Position numbers and translations under genes: made by a program | The notes under the pieces: model-generated | The model's database searches: none | Told to the model about the DNA's origin: nothing | Seen by the model: the letters and a program-made list of their open reading frames with translations, nothing else | Assembly: GCA_028687345.1 (NCBI GenBank) | Contig: JAQUAH010000001.1 | Location: forward strand, 1-38,663 | Direction of reading: 5' to 3' | DNA length: 38,663 nt | From: Candidatus Omnitrophota bacterium | GTDB taxonomy: Bacteria > Omnitrophota > Gorgyraeia > Gygaellales > Profunditerraquicolaceae | Shown here: piece by piece, positions 22,039 through 32,787 of the stretch | Numbering within the stretch: position 1 is the stretch's first letter | Layout: each line of letters begins with the position of its first letter

Positions 22039-24702
22039 TTAGTGTTTATTCTTTTTGAGAATCTTTAAGAAGACGGAAACGATGGTGGGGTCGAATTGGG
22101 TGCCGGAGCCGTCCTGAATTATCTTTAGCGCTTGAGGTTTAGAAAATGCCTTGCGGTAAGGCCGCGCAGAGGTCAATGCCTGGTACACGTCGGCAATGGC
22201 GATAATCCTGGCCCCTACAGGGATTTCTTCGCCTTTTATTCCTGTAGGGTAACCTTTCCCGTCCCAGCGCTCATGATGATAAAAAATAAAAGGAATCAGG
22301 GGGTGCAAAAAGTGAATCGGCCTGATGATATCAGCGCCTATCTGGGGATGCTTTTTAATCTCCTCAAATTCCTTCTTTGTCAGCTTAGACTTCTTAAGCA
22401 GGATATTCTCGCTAATCCCTATTTTACCCAAATCATGCAGCATTGATGCCTGCTTAACCAGGTCTGTCTCTTCCCTGGATAAATTCAATTCTCTGGCAAT
22501 CTCCGTGGCATAACGGACAGTGTTCTCTACGTGCTCTCCGGTATAATGGTCTTTTAATTCAATAGTCTTTGCAAAAGCGGAAATTGCCTCTATCAAGCTT
22601 TGATTCGCCCTTTTGGTAAGTTTGCCAAGCTTATTCTTTAGAAATTTGACATCGCTGCTTTCTTTAGTTTTTGCGGCAAGATGGTTTTTCCCATTCAGCA
22701 GGTCTTCGGAAGAATAAACCCTGTTTCCCCCTGATTCCTTTGCCTTGCTTAAAATCCTGTCGGCAAGGTTAATTAAATCATCAGAGCTAGCAATCCTGTC
22801 TTCCGGATAGGAAACCACTGCGAAGCTTAATTTCAACTTAACGCTGTGCTTCTTATCCCCGAAATTACATAAATTGAGGGCATCTAAGAGCCTTTGCGCC
22901 AAAACCAGGGTCTGCGGCCTGTCTGTGCCGGGAGAAAGAATAATAAATTCCTCTCCGCCAAAACGGATGACAACATCATACCTGCGTACCATCCTTTTCA
23001 ATTCTTTCGCAAATTGCTTTAATACTAAATCTCCGAACTGAAGGCCATAAACATCATTTATAGATTTAAAATAATCTATATCTAACATAACAATCGCCAA
23101 TGCGTGGGCGTATCTTCTGGCGCGGTAAAATTCTGCCTCAATAACTTCTTCAAGGTAACGGTGGTTATAAAGCCCTGTGTGAGGGTCGGTCAGGGAAAGC
23201 TGCTTTAATCTTTTATTTGAATTTGTAAGTTCTTTGTTTAATAATTCCCGTTCTTCATCTGACTTTTTATGTTCGGCAATCTCACGTTCCAATTCCGCAG
23301 TGCGTTCTTTAACTAGTTCTTCAAGGTGCTCGCGGTATCTCTTCAGCTCTTCCTCTACCTTTTTACGGCTTGAAATATCAACATTTACTTCAGCAACCAG
23401 CCATTTACCATCCTTTGTCTGGAACGGTATAGTGGTAACCTGTATAGGCCTGTTATTCTCTTTGGCCAAAACTTCTTCGCTAACAACAGGCTTTTTTGTT
23501 TCCAGTGCCTTTTTGATACCGCAGGCGGGACAAGGGTCCCCTCTATCCATAAAATACTCGTAACACTTCTTATCCTTAGGGTCGCCGTATATTTTTGCCC
23601 ATTCAGGGTCAATATAGAGTATGTTAAAATCTGAATCTATTATATCCAGGCCTGTTTTTGTAGAGCCCAGGATAAATTCAATCTGCTGCCTCAGGGCCTG
23701 GGCCTCATCCTGGGCCTTTTTACGGTCAGTTATTTCTCTGCAAGTAACAATTATTACCGGTTTATTAGAAAGATCTAAGATGCTTCTACCGATTGTCTGG
23801 AAATAACGCCATGAGCCGTCTTTATGCAGAAGGCGATGTTCCAGGGACCTTGCAGTGCCCAGATTTTTAAGTGCACTGGCGGCAGCATCAACGGTAGCCG
23901 GTAAATCATCCGGGTGAATAAAATTGAATATGTTCTTATTCAAATATTCTTCCGGCGGACGGCCAAGCACACGCTCGGCAGAAGGGCTGCCGTAAATTAT
24001 ATTATGGTCCTGGTCTATTACGAAGACCATGTCTTCTATATTTTCAATAAGTGAGCGGAAATGTTCCTCTTTACGCTGCAATGATTCCTCTGTACTTTTA
24101 AGCCTGGTAATTGCCTTTTCCAATTCGGCAGTGCGTTCCCGGACTGATTCTTCAAGGTGCTCGCGGTGTTTTTGTAATTCCTCCTCGCTCTTTTTTAACA
24201 TCTCCTCTGCGCGCTTGCGCTCGGTAATTTCACCGCGCAGTTCCTCATTTGTCCTGGTCAGCTCTGCGGTCCTCACTCTGACCCTTATTTCTAATTCTTC
24301 GCTGGTCTCGCGTAATCTTTCCTCTATTTGCCTAAAATCAGTGATGTCTTCAAAGCTTTCAATCCCTCCGATAACATCCCCTTTTTCATTCTTTAGCAAA
24401 TTGGCATTTTTTATAACTGTCACTGACCGGCCGTCTTTTATCTTTATCGTGCAGCGCCTGGCTAAAATCGGCTTTTGCACTTCATCGGAAAATAACCCGC
24501 ATTTATCCTGGCAGGGGGTTTCAGCGAATAATGTGCATTCTTTACCTATCATCTCAGCCGCAGAATAACCTGTAATCTCTTCGGCTTTTTTGTTCCATTT
24601 TACAACCCGCCTATCTTTGTCTACAACAAAGATAGCGCTGGGAACAACATTAAAAAGAAGCTCAAAATATTCCCTGCTATTTGATTCTAATGCCTTTTCC
24701 AT
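22039..24702 (-). CDS. multi-PAS diguanylate cyclase / HD-GYP phosphodiesterase (c-di-GMP turnover protein)
   Basis: Three PAS-like modules are separated by coiled-coil linkers. The GGDEF domain (LTDPHTGLYNHRY...DIDYFKSINDVYG...RRYDVVIRFGGEEF) has an intact GGEEF and an RxxD I-site. The HD-GYP domain (HVENTVRY...MLHDLGKIG...YHHERWDGKGYP) is also present. Confidence 0.92.
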   Translation of the reverse strand: MEKALESNSREYFELLFNVVPSAIFVVDKDRRVVKWNKKAEEITGYSAAEMIGKECTLFAETPCQDKCGLFSDEVQKPILARRCTIKIKDGRSVTVIKNANLLKNEKGDVIGGIESFEDITDFRQIEERLRETSEELEIRVRVRTAELTRTNEELRGEITERKRAEEMLKKSEEELQKHREHLEESVRERTAELEKAITRLKSTEESLQRKEEHFRSLIENIEDMVFVIDQDHNIIYGSPSAERVLGRPPEEYLNKNIFNFIHPDDLPATVDAAASALKNLGTARSLEHRLLHKDGSWRYFQTIGRSILDLSNKPVIIVTCREITDRKKAQDEAQALRQQIEFILGSTKTGLDIIDSDFNILYIDPEWAKIYGDPKDKKCYEYFMDRGDPCPACGIKKALETKKPVVSEEVLAKENNRPIQVTTIPFQTKDGKWLVAEVNVDISSRKKVEEELKRYREHLEELVKERTAELEREIAEHKKSDEERELLNKELTNSNKRLKQLSLTDPHTGLYNHRYLEEVIEAEFYRARRYAHALAIVMLDIDYFKSINDVYGLQFGDLVLKQFAKELKRMVRRYDVVIRFGGEEFIILSPGTDRPQTLVLAQRLLDALNLCNFGDKKHSVKLKLSFAVVSYPEDRIASSDDLINLADRILSKAKESGGNRVYSSEDLLNGKNHLAAKTKESSDVKFLKNKLGKLTKRANQSLIEAISAFAKTIELKDHYTGEHVENTVRYATEIARELNLSREETDLVKQASMLHDLGKIGISENILLKKSKLTKKEFEEIKKHPQIGADIIRPIHFLHPLIPFIFYHHERWDGKGYPTGIKGEEIPVGARIIAIADVYQALTSARPYRKAFSKPQALKIIQDGSGTQFDPTIVSVFLKILKKNKH

Positions 24703-24717
24703 ATTATTGTTATTACC

Positions 24718-24752
24718 TTAAAAAAAGGCAGCCTTTTTAGAAGACTGCCTTT
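24718..24752 (-). terminator. rho-independent terminator downstream of rpoD
   Basis: The stem pairs AAAGGCAG (24724-24731) with CTGCCTTT (24745-24752). On the minus strand a run of T follows (complement of the A-run 24720-24726). A second 7-bp hairpin AATCTAG/CTAGATT lies just after the stop. Confidence 0.55.
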
Positions 24753-24775
24753 AAATCTAGAAGTTTAGGCCTAGA

Positions 24776-26302
24776 TTAATATTCCCTCTGATGCGCAAGC
24801 GTCATATCTAAAAAGGTGCGTAACCTCCTTGAACGTGTAGGGTGCCTGAGTTTCTTCAGGGCTTTTGCCTCAATCTGCCTGACCCTTTCACGCGTTACCT
24901 TGAAAACATTGCCTACTTCTTCCAGGGTGCGGGGGGAGCCGTCGGTAATCCCGAAGCGTAAGACCAGAATCCTTTTCTCCCTTTCCGTAAGCGTAGATAA
25001 AGCAGAATTCATTTCTTCCTTTAGCATGGAACGCACTGTTTCGTTGGCAGGAGATACTGCCTTTTTATCCTGTATAAAATCGCCAAAATGCGTATCACCC
25101 TCATCGCCGATAGGCATCTGAAGCGAAATGGGCTCCTGCGCAATCTTTAATATAGCCTTTACTTTATCCTGCGGCAATCTCATTTTCTGGGATATCTCTT
25201 CAGGCGTGGGTTCCCTGCCGTTCTCCTGTACGAATATACGGGAAAACCTTATTATTTTATTTATCGTCTCCGTCATATGCACGGGGATTCTTATAGTGCG
25301 CGCCTGGTCTGCTATGGAACGGGTTATCGCCTGCCTTATCCACCAGGTTGCATAGGTAGAAAACTTATACCCTCTTTTGTATTCAAATTTTTCTACAGCC
25401 CGCATAAGCCCGATATTTCCCTCCTGGATTAAGTCCAGGAAAGACAGCCCTCTATTGGTATATTTTTTCGCAATGCTGACTACCAGGCGCAGGTTTGCCT
25501 CAACTAATCTTTTTTTAGTGCGGTTGAACTTAAGATGCGTTGATTTGATTAGCTTCATCTGCTCTTTTACCTTCTTATAAGATTCTCCCAGCTGCCTGAG
25601 TATCAGGCGTTTCCTCAGGGTATTGCGCTTGCCCTGCCTTGTAAGATAATCCCACTCTTTGATGAGCCTATTAAGCTTATGCACAGTTGTTTCAACCACC
25701 GAAGTAGTAAAGTTGAACTGTAACAGTAAGCCAAGCGTCTTTGGGATACTGCGGGTACTTCTAAGGCGCTGGATAATCTTCTTGATTCTATTAAGCGAGT
25801 TTCTTTTTACCCTGACATCCTCTTTTACTAATTCTTCCAGGTTTAACTTACCTTCCAGGATGTCACTGGCTACAGACAGCGTTTCATGGCGACCAAATCT
25901 TGTAACCAGCACTGCCCGCTTGAATTTTTCCTCTGCCTCCTCTATTTTTTTGGCTAATTCAATTTCGTTTTCCCTGGAAAGCAGGGAGATTGAACCCATC
26001 TGCTTCAGGTACATCTTCACAGGGTCATCCAAGGGCAGGAAGCGCTCTTCCGCCTTTAACTGTTCTTCCAGTATATATTCTTTTATGGCAGGGGCGAGTT
26101 TCGGGGTATCTTTCTCTTCTTCATTCTCAACAAGCTGTATATCTTCATTACTCAACAATTCAAAGATTTTGTCAATGTCCTCCGAAGAAGACAAATCCTG
26201 AGGCAGGAGGTCATTAACATCATCAAGCGTCAGGTATCCTTTTTGCCTGCCTAAAGCAATAATCTTTTCCAGGTCTTTTGATGTATATTCTTTCTTCTTC
26301 AT
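24776..26302 (-). CDS. rpoD: RNA polymerase primary sigma factor (sigma-70)
   Basis: Region 2 is [63 protein letters not shown]. Region 4 is [29 protein letters not shown] region 1.1-like acidic N-terminus is present. Confidence 0.97.
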   Translation of the reverse strand: MKKKEYTSKDLEKIIALGRQKGYLTLDDVNDLLPQDLSSSEDIDKIFELLSNEDIQLVENEEEKDTPKLAPAIKEYILEEQLKAEERFLPLDDPVKMYLKQMGSISLLSRENEIELAKKIEEAEEKFKRAVLVTRFGRHETLSVASDILEGKLNLEELVKEDVRVKRNSLNRIKKIIQRLRSTRSIPKTLGLLLQFNFTTSVVETTVHKLNRLIKEWDYLTRQGKRNTLRKRLILRQLGESYKKVKEQMKLIKSTHLKFNRTKKRLVEANLRLVVSIAKKYTNRGLSFLDLIQEGNIGLMRAVEKFEYKRGYKFSTYATWWIRQAITRSIADQARTIRIPVHMTETINKIIRFSRIFVQENGREPTPEEISQKMRLPQDKVKAILKIAQEPISLQMPIGDEGDTHFGDFIQDKKAVSPANETVRSMLKEEMNSALSTLTEREKRILVLRFGITDGSPRTLEEVGNVFKVTRERVRQIEAKALKKLRHPTRSRRLRTFLDMTLAHQREY

Positions 26303-26307
26303 CTTGT

Positions 26308-28065
26308 CTACCCCTTCTTAATTAAATAATCAAATTCCGCTATTAATTTATTTAACGTTTCTTCATCACCCTGATGCTGCGCTGTTTTTATCCTGTCATG
26401 CAGGTGCTGCTTCTTTAATCTTAATTTTTCTCCTCTAAGCCGGCTTATGCAATCGGATACTACCTTTTCTTTATTCTCGTCGGATACCTCCGGTAAAAAC
26501 ATGGATTCGCATATAATTTGAGAAATTTCCTCTTCGCCGAAGTAATTCATCAGGGAGTTCGGCTCTAAATTTTTCCCCTGCCCAACGAGGTCAAACATTA
26601 TTGAAACAATCTTTGCTGTCTTCTCATCCTGAAAATCCGCAGGCTCAAGGTGCTGCCTGATCGTTTCAATAAGCTCCTTCTCCTCTAACATGAGCTTTAT
26701 TAATAATTTTTCTACCGGGTTTATATTTGACGCTTTCTTCGGCGCTGCCTGATGTATAACTGTATGCAGCCTGTTGTCCTTTACTTTATTCAGTTCTTCT
26801 AGTATGTAGTGCTCGTCTATATTCAGCTCTTCCGAAAGCCTCTTAATATACTCTGATTTTAGAATTGAATTTTTAAACTTATTTATGGTTAATAACATTT
26901 CGCAGACAACGTCCCTCTTGCCTTCTGCTTCCTTAATATCATAACGGGATTTTAAAATACCCAGTTTGTATTCAAAAAGATTGCTGGCGTGCTTGATTCT
27001 ATCCTTCAGCTTTTCAATCCCGTTTTGCTTCGTAAACGAATCGGGGTCAAATCCTTTTGGCAGCGTAACTACTTTAACATCAATCTCCTCTTCAATAAAT
27101 ATATCCAGGGACCTTAACGTGGCTAATTCCCCTGCCATATCCGGGTCATAAATTATCACTGCATTGTGTGTATATCTCTTTAGCAGCCTGACCTGCTCAG
27201 TGGTTAATGCAGTACCCAGCGAAGCCACGATATTCGTCAGGCCTTCCTGATACGGCATAATAAAATCCAGGTAGCCTTCTACAATTACTGCAAAATCATT
27301 TTCTCTTATCCCATCCTTAGCCAGATTTAAGCCGTAAAGGTTCTTTCCCTTGGTGTATACGCTTGTTTCCGGAGAATTAATATATTTAGGCAATGTATCA
27401 TCAAGCACCCTTGCCCCAAACCCGAGCACGCGGGATTTGATATCAGTTATAGGAAAAATAATCCGGTTGCGGAACCTGTCATAATATCCGCCTCCTTCCC
27501 TGGGAAGAATCACTCCTGCCTTCTCCATTAAAGCAAGGCTGATAGTTTTCTGCCTCAAGTGATTAATCAGGCCATCCCAATTCTGGGGCGCATATCCTAT
27601 GTTGAATGATTTGAGAGTATCTTCTTTTATGCCGCGTTTGAGTAAATAATTCTTTGCCCGTATCCCGTCAGGAGAACTCAAATTATTGCGGTAAAAAATG
27701 GCTGTCAATTCATTTATTTTATAAAGCTGCTGTGCAATGCTTGTGCCCCTTTGGTCATCTTTAGCGGTTTGCGGCAACGCTACGCCTGCTTTCTTTGCCA
27801 AGGCTTCTACAGCTTCAGGGAATTCCAGGCGTTCATAACGCATCAGGAATTTAAAGGCATTTCCGGATTCCCCGCAGCCAAAGCAATGGTATATCTGCCT
27901 ATCCGGAGAAACCATAAAAGAAGGAGTTTTCTCGTGATGAAAAGGGCATAATGCCCTGAAATTTCTCCCTGCCTGCTTAAGCGGGATAAAACCTGAAATA
28001 ATCTCCACAATATTAATGCGGCTTAAAATATCCTCTAAAATATTTTCTGGAATCCTGCCGCTCAT
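26308..28065 (-). CDS. dnaG: DNA primase
   Basis: The zinc-binding domain is [36 protein letters not shown]. The TOPRIM region includes [10 protein letters not shown] and IIYDPDMAG. It lies immediately upstream of rpoD. Confidence 0.95.
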   Translation of the reverse strand: MSGRIPENILEDILSRINIVEIISGFIPLKQAGRNFRALCPFHHEKTPSFMVSPDRQIYHCFGCGESGNAFKFLMRYERLEFPEAVEALAKKAGVALPQTAKDDQRGTSIAQQLYKINELTAIFYRNNLSSPDGIRAKNYLLKRGIKEDTLKSFNIGYAPQNWDGLINHLRQKTISLALMEKAGVILPREGGGYYDRFRNRIIFPITDIKSRVLGFGARVLDDTLPKYINSPETSVYTKGKNLYGLNLAKDGIRENDFAVIVEGYLDFIMPYQEGLTNIVASLGTALTTEQVRLLKRYTHNAVIIYDPDMAGELATLRSLDIFIEEEIDVKVVTLPKGFDPDSFTKQNGIEKLKDRIKHASNLFEYKLGILKSRYDIKEAEGKRDVVCEMLLTINKFKNSILKSEYIKRLSEELNIDEHYILEELNKVKDNRLHTVIHQAAPKKASNINPVEKLLIKLMLEEKELIETIRQHLEPADFQDEKTAKIVSIMFDLVGQGKNLEPNSLMNYFGEEEISQIICESMFLPEVSDENKEKVVSDCISRLRGEKLRLKKQHLHDRIKTAQHQGDEETLNKLIAEFDYLIKKG

Positions 28066-28941
28066 CTATCTCCTCTTGACGCGGTTAAATCCCGAACAGC
28101 TGATTACCTGGAAAGCCTGCCCTGCCGCTCGCTCTACATTATCAAGAAGCAGGTTAAGGCCCAGCGTGTCGGAAGATATGTGGCCTGCGATAACCACATT
28201 AAGATTTGCGTCTTTTACTTTTTTAAAATGCTCTTCGCTCAAGTGCATGGAAATGAGTGTCCTTACCCCTGCCTTATACAGTTTGTCAAAGACATCTTTT
28301 GAGCCTTCGGTGCCGCCTGTCATCTCCACTAAAATCTTGCCTACAGGCCGCCTGGGGCTGCCTAAAATAATGCGCGGCCCGGTTAAGCCTTTATCCGCTA
28401 TTTTATATTCATCAATACCCATGAGGATATCCACGATATCCTGCACCTTTTTAGGCTTGCGTATCTGCATTAACCTGCTGATAAACCAAAAAGCATGATT
28501 ATCTGCAGGCGTATGTATGCACATAAATGGCAACCCCAGCAGCCGCGCGCAATCAACGGGGCGCGTATGATTCTGGGGCAGGACTCTTCTCTGCACCTCC
28601 TGCCTTCTTTCATCAAGTAATTTTTGCGCTACCTCCCTGGAGACTCCCATATCCTCTAAAAGGTCTACTTGCAGTTTCATCACTTCGCTTAAGGCAGCGT
28701 ATGCCCTGCCTTCGGGATGATGCGAAACTACCAGGTCTAACCTGTTTTTCTGGCGGATTCTGTCCGCTAATAATAATTCGCTGGCCTCAATATCTATACC
28801 CACAAGAATCTTTTCTACGTCCAGGTTGGGGTTTCCATAAAGCAGGGCGGTATCCGGATAGGAATCTATATGTGTTTTTTTCCTGGGGTCGTGTTTTCTT
28901 CCAAATTTTACAGCCTGCTCATAAAAATAAGAGAGCTTCAT
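28066..28941 (-). CDS. NIF3-like (DUF34) dinuclear metal-centre protein
   Basis: The metal-ligand pattern fits the NIF3 family: ...KILVGIDIE...DLVVSHHPEG, CIHTPADN, VVIAGHISSDTLG. Linkage to dnaG/rpoD parallels the Bacillus yqfO region. The N-terminus is atypical because it lacks the WDNVGL motif. Confidence 0.6.
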   Translation of the reverse strand: MKLSYFYEQAVKFGRKHDPRKKTHIDSYPDTALLYGNPNLDVEKILVGIDIEASELLLADRIRQKNRLDLVVSHHPEGRAYAALSEVMKLQVDLLEDMGVSREVAQKLLDERRQEVQRRVLPQNHTRPVDCARLLGLPFMCIHTPADNHAFWFISRLMQIRKPKKVQDIVDILMGIDEYKIADKGLTGPRIILGSPRRPVGKILVEMTGGTEGSKDVFDKLYKAGVRTLISMHLSEEHFKKVKDANLNVVIAGHISSDTLGLNLLLDNVERAAGQAFQVISCSGFNRVKRR

Positions 28942-29525
28942 GATTTGTTTTTCTCTGCTTGCGGTTCTTTTAATTCCGGTATTGCTTCATTTAATTCTTC
29001 CTGCGGCATGAATTTGGAGAAAAGATTGTTCCATAATAAAGTGTATGTAGCCGGCGCAATTTTAAACACGCGCTTACCGGAATAAGAATTCATGACGCTT
29101 TTATTAAGATATTCGCTATCCGATATAATAAATATGCAAATAATCAAACTGGCAAATAAGAAACCTCTGATTACTCCCAAAATAAGCGCTCCCCATCTAT
29201 TTAAGTTGTCTAAGGTTTCCACCTTAACCAGTTTTGAAAAAACTTTTCTTAATATTGCAAAAATCAGGTAACTAAGGATTGCCAAAATAATAACGGAAAA
29301 CAGATCAAAGATATAGGCGGGAGAATCTTTGAGCCCTATTGCATTCTGGGTGAAATCAGAAAGCTGCTTATAATAATGCAAGGACAGATAGATGCTGGCA
29401 AGCGTTCCCAGCAACTTAAAAGATTCAATGAATAACCCAAGTTCAGCAGCAATGTAACATATTCTGATTAAAAGAATTATAACAAATATATCTATCCAGT
29501 TAATTTGTCCTATGATATTTTGCAC
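28938..29525 (-). CDS. cvpA: CvpA-family membrane protein
   Basis: The N-terminus INWIDIFVIILLIRICYIAAELGLFIESFKLLG and the 4-TM layout are typical of the colicin V production (CvpA) family. Confidence 0.6.
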   Translation of the reverse strand: MQNIIGQINWIDIFVIILLIRICYIAAELGLFIESFKLLGTLASIYLSLHYYKQLSDFTQNAIGLKDSPAYIFDLFSVIILAILSYLIFAILRKVFSKLVKVETLDNLNRWGALILGVIRGFLFASLIICIFIISDSEYLNKSVMNSYSGKRVFKIAPATYTLLWNNLFSKFMPQEELNEAIPELKEPQAEKNKS

Positions 29526-29586
29526 AGATTTTTTGTTTTAGAAAAAAGAGGCCCTTTAGATTAAAAGTCGTTGCAAGTATAACATA

Positions 29587-30555
29587 TTAAATGCTATGTG
29601 TCAAGGAAAGCGCTTTCTTTTCAAAGGCCTTAAACCACCCTATAGTGTTACACAACCCTTCTTCTAACCCTATCTTAGGCTGCCATTTAAGAATCCTGGC
29701 GGCCCTGGTGATATCAGGCTTACGTTGGCGAGGGTCATCCTGAGGAAGGCTCTTAAAGACAATCTTACTTTTTGTGCCGGTTAACCTTACTATCAATTTA
29801 GCTAATTGCAGTATTGTGAATTCATGCTGGTTGCCTAAGTTCAAGGGCTCTTTTATGCCGGAACGCATTAATCTCAAAATCCCCTCAATTAAATCGTCAA
29901 TATAACAAAAACTTCTTGTCTGGTTACCCCTGCCATAAACAGTCAAAGGTTTGTTGGTCAGCGCCTGAAAGATAAAATTAGGCACAACCCTGCCGTCGTG
30001 CAGGCGCATGCGCGGGCCGTAAGTATTAAAAATCCTGACAATCTTTGTATCTACTTTATGGACGCGGCAATATGCCATGGTGATTGCTTCGGCGAAACGC
30101 TTTGCCTCATCGTAACACCCGCGTACTCCGACAGGATTGACATTGCCCCAGTAGTTTTCAGGCTGGGGATGCACTAATGGGTCTCCGTAGACTTCAGAGG
30201 TAGAAGCAAGCATAAATACCGCCCTCTTCTCTTTTGCCAGCCCTAAGGCATTGTGCGTGCCAAGAGAGCCGACCTTCAATGTCTGAATGGGGAATTTTAA
30301 ATAATCCTCAGGAGAGGCGGGAGAAGCAAAATGCAGGACATAATTAACCTTATCTCTAAGCCTGATATATTTGCTGACGTCATGCTCTATAAAAATAAAA
30401 TTGCTATTCTTGAATAAATGCCTTATATTTTTTAAGCTGCCCGTGATAAGGTTATCCAGACAGATAACCTTGAAATCTTCTTTGATAAGGCGTTCGCACA
30501 GATGGGAACCGATAAACCCGGCCCCGCCTGTCAGGACTACTCTTTTTCTAACCAT
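29587..30555 (-). CDS. UDP-glucuronate decarboxylase (UDP-xylose synthase)
   Basis: It is an SDR with [44 protein letters not shown] (YxxxK) and [10 protein letters not shown] match the UXS/ArnA-decarboxylase family. Confidence 0.82.
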   Translation of the reverse strand: MVRKRVVLTGGAGFIGSHLCERLIKEDFKVICLDNLITGSLKNIRHLFKNSNFIFIEHDVSKYIRLRDKVNYVLHFASPASPEDYLKFPIQTLKVGSLGTHNALGLAKEKRAVFMLASTSEVYGDPLVHPQPENYWGNVNPVGVRGCYDEAKRFAEAITMAYCRVHKVDTKIVRIFNTYGPRMRLHDGRVVPNFIFQALTNKPLTVYGRGNQTRSFCYIDDLIEGILRLMRSGIKEPLNLGNQHEFTILQLAKLIVRLTGTKSKIVFKSLPQDDPRQRKPDITRAARILKWQPKIGLEEGLCNTIGWFKAFEKKALSLTHSI

Positions 30556-31477
30556 TGAAGTATTCTACGGTTAAATTTAAGCCTTTAAGGAAATTTATGC
30601 TGGGGTGAAAACCTAAAACTTTCTTCGCCTTTGATAAATCTGCCAGGGTCTTAAATACGTCGCCAGGCCGCTTCTTAAAAAAAGACGGCTTTATATCTTT
30701 GCCCATTATTTTATTCAGAATTTTTACTAATTCCAGGATGCTGTAGTCCTTTCCGGAAGCGATATTAAAGACTTCGCCGTTGCAGTTGGCTTTGCGCGCT
30801 GCCAGAATATTTGCATTTACAACATTGTCAACATAGGTAAAATCCCTTGATTGCTTTCCGTTACCGTATATGGGCGGAGATTCATTTTCTAACATACAGG
30901 TAATAAACTTTGGGATAACTACCGCATATTCATCATCCAAGGATTGGCGCGGGCCGAAAACATTGAAATACCTCAAAGATACGGTAGGCAGCCCATGCTG
31001 GCGGCTGAAGATCCGGCAGTAATGCTCTGCGGTTAATTTAGTCAGGGCATACGGAGATATCGGATGCGGGATGAAGCCTTCTTTCTGCGGAAAAATATCC
31101 ACATCCCCGTAAACTGAACTTGAAGAAGCAAGAACAAAGCTCTTTACCTTGTTGCTTTTAGAAGCCTCGAGCATGTTTAACGTGCCGTTTATGTTAACAT
31201 CGTTATATTCCTTTGGATTATTCATTGACTTCGGCACGCTTCTTAATGCCGCCTGATGCAGGACAAAATCAATTCCTTTTGTCGCCTTTAAGCAGGCAGC
31301 CTGTGAGCGGATATCCCCTTCTATCAACTCAATCTTCGTTATTAAACCGCCCAGGTTTTCTCTCTTGCCGCTGGAAAAATTATCCAGCACCCTTACAAGA
31401 TAGTTTTTCCTTGCCAGGGCTTGCACTATATGCGACCCGATAAAACCTGCGCCCCCTGTGACTAAGAATTTAATCAT
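30548..31477 (-). CDS. NAD-dependent nucleotide-sugar 4-epimerase (WbpP/TviC/GalE-like SDR)
   Basis: [35 protein letters not shown] (YxxxK) and [11 protein letters not shown] are present. It is coupled by a 4-nt overlap to the amino-sugar dehydrogenase gene. Confidence 0.75.
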   Translation of the reverse strand: MIKFLVTGGAGFIGSHIVQALARKNYLVRVLDNFSSGKRENLGGLITKIELIEGDIRSQAACLKATKGIDFVLHQAALRSVPKSMNNPKEYNDVNINGTLNMLEASKSNKVKSFVLASSSSVYGDVDIFPQKEGFIPHPISPYALTKLTAEHYCRIFSRQHGLPTVSLRYFNVFGPRQSLDDEYAVVIPKFITCMLENESPPIYGNGKQSRDFTYVDNVVNANILAARKANCNGEVFNIASGKDYSILELVKILNKIMGKDIKPSFFKKRPGDVFKTLADLSKAKKVLGFHPSINFLKGLNLTVEYFNG

Positions 31478-32787
31478 AATAGAACGATCTTTTTATCGTT
31501 TCTACCCTTATAAACATTGCGGGTATCGAAGATAAGTTTAGATTCCCTTAATATAAGCTCGTAATCTATCCCCGTGTGGTCTGCGGCAATAACTACGCAA
31601 TCAAACTTTCCCAAATTCTCTCCTCTTAATTCAACGGACCTTAGGTCTATACCGTTAATCTTTAGATAAGGTATCAAAGGGTCAAAGTAAGAAACCAGCG
31701 CCCCTTTCTTATGCAACCCATAGATTATATCAATGCTGGGAGACTTGCGCAGGTCTTTTATATTTCTTTTATAAGTCACTCCCGTAATCAAAATTTTTGC
31801 GCCTTTTAGCTTAAGGTTTTTCTCCCCCAGCGCTTCCTCTAAACGCTGCACTACGTATTCAGGCATATAGGTGATAATATCGGAGGCAAGCTTAATGAAA
31901 CGCGAACGCACGCCGAAATGCTTGGCCTTCCAGTACAGGTAAAGAGGGTCCTTGGGGATACAGTGCCCCCCAACGCCTGGCCCGGGATAAAACGGCATAA
32001 AACCAAACGGCTTTGTGGAAGCTGCTTCAATAACCTCCCATATATTTATATGCATCTTATGCGCTATTATTGCCAACTCGTCTATTAAAGCGATATTGAT
32101 GAGGCGAAAGGTATTTTCCAATAACTTAGCCACTTCCGCCGTCCTTGCAGAAGACACAGGCACAACCTTATCAATTATATTTTTATAAACGAGCGTCGCC
32201 AATTCCGTGGCTTCCTTGCTTATGCCGCCTACAATCTTGGGTATTTTATTTACTGAATAAACCGCGTTTCCCGGGTCAATCCTTTCCGGGGAAAAACAAA
32301 GATAGAAATCCTGGTTATGCTTTAAATTTCCTTTTTCAAACAACGGCAGAATTACCTCATCCGTTGTTCCGGGATAGGTAGTGCTTTCCAGGATTATCAG
32401 GCTTTGCCTTTTGATGTTTTTTGAAATGGATTTTACCGCCTGCTTGATATAAGAAATATTCGGGTGGTATTTCCTCTTTAAAGGCGTAGGCACGCAAATA
32501 ATGACCACGTCAATTTCCCGTAAAAGACGGAAATCGTCGCCCGCCTTAAATCTCCCGCCGGACAAAACTGCCTTTAATTCTTCATCCGCTACATCGGTAA
32601 TATAAGATTGCCTTCTGTCAATATGGCTTAACCTGTCTTTATCTATATCCAGCCCCAAGACTTTAAAGCCTCTTTTGGCGAATTCAAGCGCCAGGGGCAG
32701 CCCTACATAACCTAAACCTACGACTGCGATTTTTATCTCTTTATCGTTAAGCCTTTTCTTAAAATCCTCGATAAAATTATTCTTCAT
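31474..32787 (-). CDS. UDP-N-acetyl-hexosamine 6-dehydrogenase family protein (WbpO/TviB/WecC-like)
   Basis: IAVVGLGYVGLPLALEFAKRGFKVLGLDID and the catalytic Cys box GVGGHCIPKDP are present. The 437-aa length is typical of this branch. The exact substrate is not resolvable by eye. Confidence 0.78.
   Translation of the reverse strand: MKNNFIEDFKKRLNDKEIKIAVVGLGYVGLPLALEFAKRGFKVLGLDIDKDRLSHIDRRQSYITDVADEELKAVLSGGRFKAGDDFRLLREIDVVIICVPTPLKRKYHPNISYIKQAVKSISKNIKRQSLIILESTTYPGTTDEVILPLFEKGNLKHNQDFYLCFSPERIDPGNAVYSVNKIPKIVGGISKEATELATLVYKNIIDKVVPVSSARTAEVAKLLENTFRLINIALIDELAIIAHKMHINIWEVIEAASTKPFGFMPFYPGPGVGGHCIPKDPLYLYWKAKHFGVRSRFIKLASDIITYMPEYVVQRLEEALGEKNLKLKGAKILITGVTYKRNIKDLRKSPSIDIIYGLHKKGALVSYFDPLIPYLKINGIDLRSVELRGENLGKFDCVVIAADHTGIDYELILRESKLIFDTRNVYKGRNDKKIVLL

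Noticed and set aside
22132-28943. Numerous long plus-strand ORFs (for example 24029-24568, 25659-26201, 28016-28498, 28527-28943)
   Set aside because: All lie antisense to CDSs with unambiguous family signatures (GGDEF/HD-GYP, rpoD, dnaG, NIF3-like). Their products are Ser/Leu/Arg-rich and low in complexity, typical of shadow frames.
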